Positions 46,609 through 56,918 of a stretch of DNA of 60,268 bases are shown piece by piece. The stretch's first letter is position 1. Every line of letters begins with the position of its first letter. Position numbers and translations under genes: made by a program. Origin of the DNA: Actinomycetota bacterium (GTDB lineage: Bacteria; Actinomycetota; UBA4738; HRBIN12); contig DATBJQ010000113.1 of the NCBI GenBank assembly GCA_036556385.1, positions 1-60,268 on the forward strand, written 5' to 3'. The notes under the pieces are model-generated. The model was not told the DNA's origin and did not search any database. It saw only the letters and a list, made by a program, of their open reading frames with translations.

Positions 46609-48471
46609 ATGGCGCTCCCCCTCGAGGACTACGCGATGATCGGCGACACGCACACCGCGGCGCTCGTCGGTCGCGACGGGTCGATCGACTGGCTGTGCCT
46701 CCCACGGTTCGACTCCGGCGCGTGCTTCGCCGCGCTGCTGGGCGACGAGACCCACGGCCGATGGTTGCTGGCGCCCGAGGCTCCTCCCACGCGCACGACC
46801 AGGAGGTACCGCGAGGGCACGCTGGTGCTCGAGACCGAGCACGAGGTCGACGGGGGAGCGGTCCGCGTCGTGGACCTGATGAGCCCGCGGCGCGGCCCGG
46901 CGCGGGTGATCCGCCTCGTCGAGGGACTCCGGGGCACCGTGGCGATGCGCAGCGAGCTGCTGCTGCGGTTCGACTACGGCCTCGCCGTCCCGTGGCTCCG
47001 CCCGGTGCGCCACGGCGTGGCGGCCGTCGCCGGGCCCGACGCCGTGGAGCTCCGCACCGAGGCGCCGCTCGACATCCGGATGGGCAGGGTCACGTCGGAC
47101 TTCCTGATCAAGGCGGGACAGCGCGAGGCGTTCGTGCTGATGTGGTACCACTCGCACGAGGAGCCACCTGCCCGGATCGACCCCTGGGACTCCGCCCGCA
47201 GGACGACGCGGTTCTGGCGAGCGTGGTCGGATCGCTGCACCTACCGTGGGGAGTGGCGCGACGCGGTGGTGAGCTCGCTGATCACGCTGAAGGGCCTCAC
47301 CTATCGGCCGACCGGCGGGATCGTGGCCGCGGTCACGACCTCGCTGCCGGAGGAGATCGGCGGGGCCCGCAACTGGGACTACCGCTTCTGCTGGCTGCGC
47401 GACGCCACGTTCACCCTGTACTCGCTGCTGATGGGCGGGTACGCGGGAGAGGCCGAGGCGTGGCGCGAGTGGCTCCTGCGCGCGATCGCCGGCGACCCGC
47501 GGGACCTGCGCATCGTCTACGGGCTGTCGGGGGAGCGCCGGCTGCCGGAGATGACCCTGGACTGGCTCCCCGGGTACGAGGGCTCTCGGCCGGTCCGCGT
47601 GGGCAACGAGGCGGCGGGACAGCGGCAGCTCGATGTCTACGGCGAGGTCCTGGACCTCCTGCACCAGGCGTCCCGCGAGGGTCTGCCGCACGAGGCCACG
47701 GTGTGGGAGATCGAGCGGCGCATCCTGGACATGCTCGAGTCGGACTGGCGCGTTCCCGACGAGGGCATCTGGGAGGTCCGCGGCGGGCGGCGTCACTTCA
47801 CCCACTCCAAGGTGATGGCCTGGGTGGGGGTCGACCGCGCGATCCGCGACGTGGAGCTGTTCGGGTTCGACGGCCCGGTCGACCGGTGGCGCGCGCTCCG
47901 CCAGGAGATCCACGACGAGGTCTGCCGTGAGGGCTACGACGCCGACATGGGGTCCTTCGTCCAGTCGTACGGATCCCACGACCTGGACGCGGCGCTGCTG
48001 ATGATCCCGCTCGTCGGGTTCCTCCCCGCCGACGACCCGCGCGTCGTGGGGACGATCGAGGCGGTCCGTGAGCGGCTGATGCTCGACGGGTTCGTCCGAC
48101 GGTACGACCCGTCCAGCGGCACCGACGGACTGCCCGGCGGCGAGGGCGCGTTCCTGCCGTGCACCTGCTGGCTGGCGGACTGCCTGGCGCTCGTCGGTCG
48201 GGACGCCGAGGCGCGGGAGCTGTTCGAGCGCGTCCTGGCGGTGCGCAACGACGTGGGCCTGCTCTCCGAGGAGTACGACGTGGAACGCGGGCGGATGACC
48301 GGCAACTTCCCGCAGGCGTTCTCCCACGTGTCCCTGGTCGGCACCGCCCGCAACCTCTCCCGGACGGAGGTGGGTCCCGCCGAGCGGCGGCGGATGGTGC
48401 GACGGATCCGTGTGCCCCGCGGCCGGCCTCAGGCCTCCGCGTCGACCACGCGGTTCTCCGGGCGTCGCTGA
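46609..48471 (+). CDS. glycoside hydrolase family 15 protein (glucoamylase/trehalase-like)
   Basis: ATG 46609 (MALPLEDYAMIGDTHTAALVGRDGSIDWLCLPRFDS). Also ARNWDYRFCWLRDATFTL and GNFPQAFSHVSLV. Only the last 620 aa of the 1297-aa track ORF are real. Confidence 0.85.
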   Translation: MALPLEDYAMIGDTHTAALVGRDGSIDWLCLPRFDSGACFAALLGDETHGRWLLAPEAPPTRTTRRYREGTLVLETEHEVDGGAVRVVDLMSPRRGPARVIRLVEGLRGTVAMRSELLLRFDYGLAVPWLRPVRHGVAAVAGPDAVELRTEAPLDIRMGRVTSDFLIKAGQREAFVLMWYHSHEEPPARIDPWDSARRTTRFWRAWSDRCTYRGEWRDAVVSSLITLKGLTYRPTGGIVAAVTTSLPEEIGGARNWDYRFCWLRDATFTLYSLLMGGYAGEAEAWREWLLRAIAGDPRDLRIVYGLSGERRLPEMTLDWLPGYEGSRPVRVGNEAAGQRQLDVYGEVLDLLHQASREGLPHEATVWEIERRILDMLESDWRVPDEGIWEVRGGRRHFTHSKVMAWVGVDRAIRDVELFGFDGPVDRWRALRQEIHDEVCREGYDADMGSFVQSYGSHDLDAALLMIPLVGFLPADDPRVVGTIEAVRERLMLDGFVRRYDPSSGTDGLPGGEGAFLPCTCWLADCLALVGRDAEARELFERVLAVRNDVGLLSEEYDVERGRMTGNFPQAFSHVSLVGTARNLSRTEVGPAERRRMVRRIRVPRGRPQASASTTRFSGRR

Positions 48472-49988
48472 TCGGGGACCTCCACGACCTCTGCATGGTC
48501 GTCCCGTTCCCGGCGACGCCACGAGATGCCGCGGACGGAATCCAGATCGCGCAGCTGCGCCGTCAGCCATCGACCCGGGTTGCTGGTGAGGACGGCTCGA
48601 ACCAGCCCGCGCGCCCGGCGGATCCGCTCGGGCTCGGGCAGCTCGAGCCCGGCGCGGATCGCGTCGGCGGTCTCGACCAGATCGAAGGGGTTGACCGGCA
48701 GCGCGTGGCGCCCCAGCCGACCGAACGCGCCGGCGTTGCGTGACAGGATCAGCGCGCCGTGCGTCCGGTTCACGAGCGGCCCCTCCATCGCCACCATGTT
48801 CATACCGTCGAACACCGGGTTCACCAGCAGGGCGTCGTAGAGCCCGTAGGCGGCCACGGCCTGGACGTAGTTCTCCTCCGTCCGGATCTCGATCGGCGTC
48901 CAGCCCTCGCCGCCGAGCCGCCCGTTCAGGTCATCGGCGATCTCGAAGCACCGCTCGGTGTACGCCTGATATTCGGGGATCTCGGTGCGCGACGTGGGGA
49001 GCAGGGAGAGGAAGCGCACCTTGCCCCGCCACTCGGGCGATGTCTCGAGGAAGGTCTCGAACGCCTGATACCCGCGCACGATGTTCTTGGAGAGCTCGAG
49101 ACGGTCGACCCGGAGCAGCAGCTTGGCGTCGCCCCGCCACGCTCCGATCTCACGCCGGATCGCCTTGGCCTCCGGCGAGCGCGCGGTCGCCCGCAGGGGG
49201 TCGGGGGCCAGCGCGATCGGGTAGGTCCGGACGAGCACGGTGCGGTCGTCGAGCTCGATCCGCCGGCTGCGAACGTCGACCCGGACGTCGTGGAGCGTGT
49301 CGCGGACGCAGAGCAGGAAGTTCTCGGCCCACTGCTGAGCCTGGAACCCCAGGATGTCGGCGCCCAGCATCCCGCGGAGCAGGTCCTCGCGGAACGGGCC
49401 GGGCAGCAGACGGAAGTAGGACTGGCCGCAGAACGGCGTGTGCGAGAAGTGCGCGATCCGGGCCTCGGGTTGCAGCTCCCGCAGGTACCCGGGCGTCATG
49501 GACAGCTGGTAGTCCTGGATCAGATAGACCGGAGCGCGATCGCGCTCCGCGTTGAGGCCCTCGGCGAACGCGCGGTTGACCTCGCGGTAGTCGTTCCAGA
49601 TCCGCCGTGTCTCGGCATCCCAGGCGGGGAGGTACGCCAGGTCGAACAGGTAGTGGTGCAGCAGCCACAGCACGCGGTTCGAGATGCCGTTGTAGTAGCC
49701 GTCGTATCGATCTTCAGGGATCTCGAGGAAGGCCGCGTGTCCCATCGGATCGACCTCGATCGACTTGCCCGATCGGGCGACCTCCCGGTCCCCGTCGGTC
49801 ATCGCGGCGGACAGCCACGTGGCGTCGGACTCGAAGAGCACGCCCGCCAGGGTGGTGACCAGCCCGCCCGAGCCTCGCTCGCCGACGAGCGCGCCGGTCC
49901 CTTCCTCGCGCTGGAACGAGATCGGCCCCCGGTTCGAGGCGACGACCAGCGGCGACTCGAACGCCGCGTGCGTCGCGTTGGTGTTCAT
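48429..49988 (-). CDS. otsA: alpha,alpha-trehalose-phosphate synthase (GT20)
   Basis: ATG 49988 (MNTNATHAAFESPLVVASNRGPISF). Also IQDYQLSMTPGYLR, HFSHTPF, LLVNPVFDGMNMVAMEG. The 5' part of the 936-aa track ORF is an artefact. Confidence 0.9.
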   Translation of the reverse strand: MNTNATHAAFESPLVVASNRGPISFQREEGTGALVGERGSGGLVTTLAGVLFESDATWLSAAMTDGDREVARSGKSIEVDPMGHAAFLEIPEDRYDGYYNGISNRVLWLLHHYLFDLAYLPAWDAETRRIWNDYREVNRAFAEGLNAERDRAPVYLIQDYQLSMTPGYLRELQPEARIAHFSHTPFCGQSYFRLLPGPFREDLLRGMLGADILGFQAQQWAENFLLCVRDTLHDVRVDVRSRRIELDDRTVLVRTYPIALAPDPLRATARSPEAKAIRREIGAWRGDAKLLLRVDRLELSKNIVRGYQAFETFLETSPEWRGKVRFLSLLPTSRTEIPEYQAYTERCFEIADDLNGRLGGEGWTPIEIRTEENYVQAVAAYGLYDALLVNPVFDGMNMVAMEGPLVNRTHGALILSRNAGAFGRLGRHALPVNPFDLVETADAIRAGLELPEPERIRRARGLVRAVLTSNPGRWLTAQLRDLDSVRGISWRRRERDDHAEVVEVPDQRRPENRVVDAEA

Positions 49989-50086
49989 GCGGGTGCGTAC
50001 CCCCCGGTGCCGGCCCGGAACCACCCTACCCGAACCGGTCCCGGGCGGTACCCCTGAGGAGCAACCCGCCTCCGGCCCCGGGCCGC

Positions 50087-50905
50087 TCAGGTGCGCAGCT
50101 CGAAGCCGTCCCCGGCCCGGACCGGCACGCCGGTCACCGGCAGGTGCGCGCCCGCGAGCACCATGCTCCCGTCGGCCGCGCGGGCGAGCAGGTCGCGGCG
50201 GGTCGCCGCGTTGCGCTCGCCGTCCATGTCGGCGGCGCTCACCCAGTCGGGGTGGGTGACGTTGAGGGGCGTCACGAGCGCGTCGCCGGCCCACAGCACG
50301 GTGTCGTTCACGACCACGGCCAGATGGCCCGGTGTGTGGCCGGGCGCCTCGATCGCGCGGACCCCGGAGGCGATCGTCTTCGCCCCGTCGACGGTGTCCA
50401 GCAACCCGGCGGCCCGGAGCGCGCCGAACGCGACCCGAGCCGGTTCGGCCGCGCCTCCGGGGAGCTCCCGCGCCGCGGGGGAGCGCCAGAAGGCGAGCTC
50501 CGCGGCGTGGACCACATGGCGAGCCTCCGGGAACGCGGGGACGCCGTCGCTCGTCACCAGCCCACCGACGTGGTCGGCGTGCCCGTGGGTGACCAGCACC
50601 GTCGCGACGTCGGCGGCCCGCACGCCCATCGTGTCGAGCTCGCCGGCCAGGCGGCCGGCGTCGAGGTCGCCCGCGAACGGCCCGATCCCCGCGTCCACCA
50701 GGACGAGCCGATCGTCGGCCTCGATCAGGAGCGCGGCGAACCGTCCCGGGAGCGTGCCCGCGGCGTCGAGCAGCGGCTCCACGAACGGGCCCTGGACCTC
50801 GGGGTCGTAGCCGCGGAAGACGAAGCGCGGCGACACGCGCCGCGTCCCGTCGACCACCACTCGGCAGCGGATGCCGTTCGCATCCAGCAGCGTCGATCCG
50901 GTCAC
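50087..50905 (-). CDS. MBL-fold metallo-hydrolase
   Basis: Motifs LVTHGHADHVGG (HxHxDH) and EAPGHTPGH. Start set at in-frame GTG 50905, 27 nt after the upstream stop. The start is poorly supported (no clear RBS). Confidence 0.75.
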   Translation of the reverse strand: MTGSTLLDANGIRCRVVVDGTRRVSPRFVFRGYDPEVQGPFVEPLLDAAGTLPGRFAALLIEADDRLVLVDAGIGPFAGDLDAGRLAGELDTMGVRAADVATVLVTHGHADHVGGLVTSDGVPAFPEARHVVHAAELAFWRSPAARELPGGAAEPARVAFGALRAAGLLDTVDGAKTIASGVRAIEAPGHTPGHLAVVVNDTVLWAGDALVTPLNVTHPDWVSAADMDGERNAATRRDLLARAADGSMVLAGAHLPVTGVPVRAGDGFELRT

Positions 50906-50931
50906 CGTGCCGACGGTGTTCCCGTTGGCGC

Positions 50932-51399
50932 TCAGCCCGTGAGGGTGTAGACGAAGTCGAACGCCGTTTCCCCCGGACGAGCCGACAAGGCCATCGATCC
51001 GCGTGCGTTGCGGAACGCACCCGTACCGCCGGTGATCGCGAAGACACTGTCGTGCGCATCGAAGAACGGTCCCTCGACCGTGATCGAACCGCCGGCGACC
51101 CAGGCGACCCATCGGCATTCCCACGATCCGTCCTCGGGGGAGATCCGGATGCAGTCCCCCTGGTCGTGCCCGACGCGATGCTGATCGCGGGGGCCGAACA
51201 GCGGGTTGTGGAACGTGAGGAGATCCCCCGCGCTGTCACCCGTCGGACCCGTGTCGATCACGGTGTCGGTGATCGCGTGCTCGATCACGTGGATCCTCAA
51301 CGGACGGTGCCGGTCCGGCCCGGTGGCGATCGCCATCGTCACGGCGCCCAGCACGACGGCGCCGAGTACGGCGGCAGGCACGATGATCCTCGTGCGCAT
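50932..51399 (-). CDS. secreted allene-oxide-cyclase-barrel / dirigent-like protein
   Basis: ATG 51399 follows GGGAGGGGAGGAG. Signal peptide MRTRIIVPAAVLGAVVLGAVTMAIA. Motifs GDLLTFHNPLF, GDCIRI and AITGGTGAFRNARG resemble bacterial AOC-like barrel proteins as I recall them. Confidence 0.6.
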   Translation of the reverse strand: MRTRIIVPAAVLGAVVLGAVTMAIATGPDRHRPLRIHVIEHAITDTVIDTGPTGDSAGDLLTFHNPLFGPRDQHRVGHDQGDCIRISPEDGSWECRWVAWVAGGSITVEGPFFDAHDSVFAITGGTGAFRNARGSMALSARPGETAFDFVYTLTG

Positions 51400-51482
51400 G
51401 ACTCCTCCCCTCCCGTGGGTCGTTCGTCGACCCGTCGAGGCGAGCCTATGACTGCCCGCGGGTCGGCGCACACGCGCGAGGG

Positions 51483-51511
51483 TTGACAGGCGCCCCGACG
51501 ACCCCCACACT
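51483..51511 (+). promoter_or_regulatory. candidate promoter of the ilv leader: TTGACA-17 nt-CACACT
   Basis: Perfect -35 TTGACA (51483-51488), a 17-nt spacer, and -10-like CACACT (51506-51511; A2 and T6 conserved). This predicts a transcription start 2-4 nt before ATG 51521. Confidence 0.35.
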
Positions 51512-51520
51512 AACTTGGCC

Positions 51521-51574
51521 ATGTTGACGATCAGGATCGCGACCGGACGCGACGACCTCGTACTTATCACCTAG
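51521..51574 (+). CDS. candidate ilv leader peptide, 17 aa: [17 protein letters not shown]
   Basis: Too short for the ORF track. atg ttg acg atc agg atc gcg acc gga cgc gac gac ctc gta ctt atc acc tag. It ends in Leu-Val-Leu-Ile-Thr using GTA and CTT, codons that appear rare in the genes I translated here. The stop abuts a strong hairpin. Confidence 0.45.
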   Translation: MLTIRIATGRDDLVLIT

Positions 51575-51609
51575 GCGCGGGCGGGCCCATCGGCCCGCGG
51601 ACCCGCGCC
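51574..51609 (+). promoter_or_regulatory. leader hairpin directly after the leader-peptide stop
   Basis: The outer stem pairs GGCGCGGG (51574-51581) with CCCGCGCC (51602-51609). The inner stem pairs CGGGCC (51582-51587) with GGCCCG (51592-51597), closing a 4-nt loop. There is a 4-nt bulge on the 3' side. Confidence 0.5.
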
Positions 51610-51614
51610 AGACG

Positions 51615-51641
51615 CCCCTCGCACCGCGGGGGGTTTTTCTT
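51615..51641 (+). terminator. intrinsic terminator / attenuator upstream of orf106-ilvB
   Basis: CCCCTCGC (51615-51622), ACC loop, GCGGGGGG (51626-51633): 8 bp including one G.U pair. It is followed by TTTTTCTT (51634-51641). A T5 run after a GC hairpin is conspicuous at this GC content. Confidence 0.6.
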
Positions 51642-51703
51642 ATCCCGCGTTGGTGCGTCGCAGCCCGGCCCGCTCGTGGGCCGGGGGAAGGAACGGAGGA
51701 GCC

Positions 51704-52024
51704 ATGCGTTACGAGTTCGAACGGGACGGCACCGTGGTGGCCAGCGTGCTGTGGGAGGGCCCGGGCCAGGTCGAGGTCGAAGCCGCGGATCCCTCGACGC
51801 GCGGCGTGGTCGACCGGTACCTGTCCTCGGAGGTCGTGTATCTCGGGGCCGGGTTCGATCTGGACGGTCCGCAGGGCGCGCAGGCGTTGGAGACCCGTCG
51901 CCGGGACTGGACGCCGTGGGAGTTCGAGCGCGCGTGTCGCAACCTGGCGCACCGCCTGCAGGCGAACGTGCGCCGCGTCGAGACCGGTCCGGTGGAAGAG
52001 CGCCGGGAAGTGGCGGCGGGATGA
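51704..52024 (+). CDS. hypothetical protein (106 aa); first cistron of the ilv-leu operon
   Basis: ATG 51704 follows GGAACGGAGGAG. The stop overlaps the ilvB start (ATGA at 52021-52024). Balanced composition ([55 protein letters not shown]...[17 protein letters not shown]) and GC3-rich. No family recognised. Confidence 0.6.
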   Translation: MRYEFERDGTVVASVLWEGPGQVEVEAADPSTRGVVDRYLSSEVVYLGAGFDLDGPQGAQALETRRRDWTPWEFERACRNLAHRLQANVRRVETGPVEERREVAAG

Positions 52025-53772
52025 CCGTCTCGGGCGCCGACGCGCTCCTGCGCGCCCTCGAGCAGGAGGGTGTCGAGGTCGTGTTCGGCATCCCCGGCGG
52101 CGCCAGCATGCCGATCTACGACCCGCTCGTGGACCGCTCGCCGATCCGGCACGTCCTGTGTCGTCACGAGCAAGGAGCAGGGCACGCGGCCGAGGGGTAC
52201 GCGTGGGCGACCGGGAAGGTCGGCGTGTGCATGGCGACGTCGGGACCCGGCGGGACGAACCTGGTCACGCCGCTGGCGGACGCCAAGATGGATTCGGTGC
52301 CGATCGTGGCGATCACCGGGCAGGTGCCGACGCCCGTGGTCGGCAACGACGCGTTCCAGGAGGCAGACATCACCGGCATCAGCATGCCGGTCACGAAGCA
52401 CAACTTCCTGGTCAAGGAGCCCGACCAGATCGTGGAGACGATCCGCGAGGCCTTCCACATCGCCTCCACGGGCAGGCCCGGGCCCGTCCTGGTCGATCTG
52501 CCCAAAGACGTGCTGCTCGCCGACGTCGAGTACCGCTGGCCCGAGCGCGTGTCCCTGCCCGGCTACCGCCCCACCACCAAGGGCAACCAGCGCCAGGTCG
52601 TGGAGGCCGTCAAGCTGATCCTGGCGGCCGAACGTCCGGTCCTGTACGTGGGCGGGGGTGTGATCAAGGCGGACGCCCACGCCGAGCTCTTCCAGCTGGC
52701 GACGATCGGACGCCTGCCGGTCGTCACCACGTTGATGGCGCGGGGGGCGTTCCCCGACTCGCACGAGCTGTGCCTGGGGATGCCCGGCATGCACGGCAAC
52801 TACACGGCCGTGACCTCGATGCAGAAGGCCGACCTGCTGGTGGCGCTGGGCGCCCGGTTCGACGACCGGGTGACCGGGAAGCTGGCGGCCTTCGCACCCG
52901 AGGCGAAGGTGATCCACGTGGACGTCGACCCGGCCGAGATCGGGAAGAACCGGGCGGCCGACGTCCCGATCGTGGGCGATTGCCGCGACGTGATCGGCAA
53001 GCTCGCGGTGGAGCTGGCCAAGCGGCAGGACGCCGAGGGGGGAGCGCCGGACCGGGACCGCTGGCTGGCGCAGCTCCGGGATTGGCAGCGCGCGTATCCC
53101 TACCGGTACGAGCAGCAGCAGGACGGCCCGCTCAAGCCTCAGTACTGCGTCGAACGTCTCCACGCGATCGCGGACGACGACACGATCCTGGTGGCGGGGG
53201 TCGGACAGCACCAGATGTACGCGTCGCAGTACTGGCGGTTCGAGCGTCCGCGGCACTGGATCAACTCGGGCGGTCTCGGGACGATGGGGTTCGCGGTCCC
53301 CGCGGCCCTCGGCGCGAAGGCCGGCCGGCCCGAGACGCGCGTCGTCGCGATCGACGGTGACGGGTGCTTCCAGATGACGGCGCAGGAGCTCGCGACCAGC
53401 ACGACCGAGCGGATCCCCTTCGTGACGGCGATCCTCAACAACGGCTACCTGGGGATGGTCCGGCAGTGGCAGGAGCTGTTCTTCGACGAGCGCTACTCGG
53501 GGGTCTGGCTGGACCCGAACGTCCCCGACTACGTGAAGCTGGCCGAGGCGTACGGCGCCGTCGGCTTCCGTGTCGAGCATCCCGAGGAGGTCGACAGCAC
53601 GATCGAGAAGGCGTACTCCGTCGAGGATCGCTCGGTCGTGATCGACTTCCGCGTCGACCCGGCGGAGATGGTGTTCCCGATGGTCCCCGCCGGCGGGTCG
53701 AACGACGACATCATCCTGGGCCCCGAGAACGTCCGGCCCTCGACCGATCCCGAGGAGGCCCCGATCGCATGA
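52021..53772 (+). CDS. ilvB: acetolactate synthase large subunit
   Basis: ATG 52021 ([34 protein letters not shown]). Also [12 protein letters not shown] and [15 protein letters not shown]...[14 protein letters not shown] (TPP motif). The 5' 115 aa of the track ORF are an artefact. Confidence 0.95.
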   Translation: MTVSGADALLRALEQEGVEVVFGIPGGASMPIYDPLVDRSPIRHVLCRHEQGAGHAAEGYAWATGKVGVCMATSGPGGTNLVTPLADAKMDSVPIVAITGQVPTPVVGNDAFQEADITGISMPVTKHNFLVKEPDQIVETIREAFHIASTGRPGPVLVDLPKDVLLADVEYRWPERVSLPGYRPTTKGNQRQVVEAVKLILAAERPVLYVGGGVIKADAHAELFQLATIGRLPVVTTLMARGAFPDSHELCLGMPGMHGNYTAVTSMQKADLLVALGARFDDRVTGKLAAFAPEAKVIHVDVDPAEIGKNRAADVPIVGDCRDVIGKLAVELAKRQDAEGGAPDRDRWLAQLRDWQRAYPYRYEQQQDGPLKPQYCVERLHAIADDDTILVAGVGQHQMYASQYWRFERPRHWINSGGLGTMGFAVPAALGAKAGRPETRVVAIDGDGCFQMTAQELATSTTERIPFVTAILNNGYLGMVRQWQELFFDERYSGVWLDPNVPDYVKLAEAYGAVGFRVEHPEEVDSTIEKAYSVEDRSVVIDFRVDPAEMVFPMVPAGGSNDDIILGPENVRPSTDPEEAPIA

Positions 53773-54305
53773 GCAACGGCGACGGCGTGCTGCATACGAT
53801 CTCGGTACTGGTCGAGGACAAGCCCGGTGTGCTCACCCGGGTCGCGGGCCTGTTCGCGGCGCGCGGGTTCAACATCGACTCCTTGGCGGTGGGTGCCACC
53901 GAGACACCGGGGCTCTCCCGGATGACGGTCGTGGTGAACGTGGAGTCGAAGCCGCTCGAGCAGGTGACGAAGCAGCTCAACAAGCTGATCAACGTGATCA
54001 AGATCCTGGAGCACGATCCCGGCACCGCGGTCGAGCGCGAGCTGATGCTGGTCAAGATCCGCGCGACCGGCGATCAGCGGGCACGGGTGATGGAGGTCGC
54101 GGAGGTCTTCCGCGTGAACATCGTCGACGTGACGCACACGACGTTGACGATCGAGGCCACCGGCAAGCCCGAGAAGCTCGAGGCGCTCCTGTCGCTGGTG
54201 GAGGACTTCGGCATCGTCGAGCTCTCCCGGACGGGACGGATCGCGCTGGCGCGCGGCGACCGCGGGATCCGGGAACGATCGCTGCGGTCGGCGGACGCGC
54301 TCTGA
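53769..54305 (+). CDS. ilvN: acetolactate synthase small (regulatory) subunit
   Basis: ATG 53769 overlaps the ilvB stop (ATGA). ACT domain [34 protein letters not shown]. Confidence 0.95.
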   Translation: MSNGDGVLHTISVLVEDKPGVLTRVAGLFAARGFNIDSLAVGATETPGLSRMTVVVNVESKPLEQVTKQLNKLINVIKILEHDPGTAVERELMLVKIRATGDQRARVMEVAEVFRVNIVDVTHTTLTIEATGKPEKLEALLSLVEDFGIVELSRTGRIALARGDRGIRERSLRSADAL

Positions 54306-54330
54306 GGCCCGACGGGAAGGGATGCGGCAG

Positions 54331-55340
<1,010 letters not shown>

Positions 55341-55344
<4 letters not shown>

Positions 55345-56918
55345 CCGCCATGAAGGAGCCCGAGGTAGGCGCGGTAGCCCGCGCCGATCACGTTCGGATC
55401 TTCGACACGACGCTGCGCGACGGGGAGCAGGCGCCCGGGATCGCGCTCACGCGCCACGAGAAGGTGGAGATCGCCGAGCAGCTCGCCCGGCTGGGCGTGG
55501 ACATCCTCGAGGCCGGGTTCCCGATCTCGTCGCAGGGCGAGTTCGAGGCCGTGCGCGAGATCGCCGACGGCGTGCGCGGCCCCGTGATCGCGGCACTCGC
55601 GCGGACCGCGACCGGCGACATCGAGCGGGCGGCCGAGGCCCTCAAGGGCGCCGACCGCTGGCGGATCCACACGTTCATCTCCACGAGCGACATCCAGATG
55701 GGCGCGATGCTCAAGATGTCGAATCAGCAGGTGCTGGATGCGATCCGCGAGAACGTCTCGCTCGCCAAGAGCTACACCGAGGACGTCGAGTTCAGTGCGC
55801 AGGACGCCACCAGGACCGAGCTGGACTTCCTGCTGACCTGCTTCCGCGTGGCCGTCGACTGCGGCGCCACCACGATCAACGTGCCGGACACGGTGGGGTA
55901 CGCCACGCCCACGGAGTTCGGCGAGCTCGTCCGCATCGTGCGCGAGGCGGTGCCCGACGAGGTCGTGATCTCGACGCATTGCCACAACGACCTGGGGCTG
56001 GCGGTGGCCAACGCACTGGCCGGGATCGAGCACGGGGCGCGCCAGGTGGAGGTGGCCGTCAACGGCATCGGCGAGCGTGCGGGCAACTGCTCGCTCGAGG
56101 AGATCGCGATGGTGATCCGCACGCGCGGCGAGCACCTCGGCGTCCGGCACGACCTCAACCTGCGCGAGATCATGCGGACCAGCCGGCTGGTCAGCATGAC
56201 GACCGGCTACTCGGTCCAGCCGAACAAGGCGGTCGTGGGATCGAGCGCCTTCGCCCACGAGAGCGGGATCCATCAGCACGGCGTGCTGGCCAACCGCGCC
56301 ACCTACGAGATCATGGACCCGGTCGAGGTCGGCTTGGAGGGCAACCGCCTCGTGCTCGGCAAGCACAGCGGCCGTCATGCCTTCGTCGACGCCCTCGGCA
56401 AGCTCGGGATCACGCTGGACGAGGACCAGGTCAACCGGAGCTTCGCTCGGTTCAAGGACCTGGCCGATCGCAAGGTCAACCTGACCGACCAGGACCTGGA
56501 GGCGATCGTCTCCGAGGAGGTCGGGACCGGGAAGGAGGACGCCCTCGTCCTGGAGGCCGTCCAGGTCGCCGGCGGGACGCACCTGGCCCCGACCGCCACC
56601 GTGCGGCTCCGTCGCGGCGACGAGCTGATCGAGCGCTCCGCGATGGGCGACGGCATGATCGATGCCGCGATGGGCGCGATCATGCAGGCGTCCGGCGTCG
56701 AGGGTCGGGTCGTGAGCTTCCACGTCTCGAGCGTCACGGGTGGGTCCGACGCGCTCGGAGACGTCGTGGTGCAGCTCGACGTCGACGGGCGACGCGTCAC
56801 GGGACGCGGCGTGGCCACCGACGTGGTGGAGGCGTCGGCGCGCGCGTACCTGGCGGCGGTGAACCGCACCCTCCAGCTGCAGGCACCCGACGACCGGTCC
56901 GACGAGGTCACTCCGTGA
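55341..56918 (+). CDS. leuA: 2-isopropylmalate synthase (short form with LeuA dimer/regulatory domain)
   Basis: ATG 55341 overlaps the ilvC stop (ATGA). Motifs [14 protein letters not shown] and [16 protein letters not shown]. 525 aa. Confidence 0.9.

Noticed and set aside
44578-48471. 1297-aa ORF suggesting a giant protein
   Set aside because: Only the last 620 aa (from ATG 46609) form a coherent GH15 protein. The upstream part is out of frame with thrC and antisense to the ABC ATPase gene, and it reads as Arg/Gly/Pro-rich nonsense.
45730-48570. 946-aa minus-strand ORF
   Set aside because: Only the C-terminal 267 aa (from ATG 46533) form an ABC ATPase. The remainder is antisense to GH15.
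48429-51239. 936-aa minus-strand ORF covering the otsA, MBL and AOC-like regions
   Set aside because: Only the last 519 aa (from ATG 49988) are OtsA. The upstream part is out of frame with the MBL hydrolase and AOC-like genes, which have their own motifs and RBS.
51483-51516. Alternative ilv-leader promoter pairing TTGACA with TAACTT (51511-51516)
   Set aside because: The spacer would be 22 nt, outside the usual 16-19 nt range. The 17-nt spacer to CACACT is preferred, although TAACTT could act as an extended or -35-independent -10.
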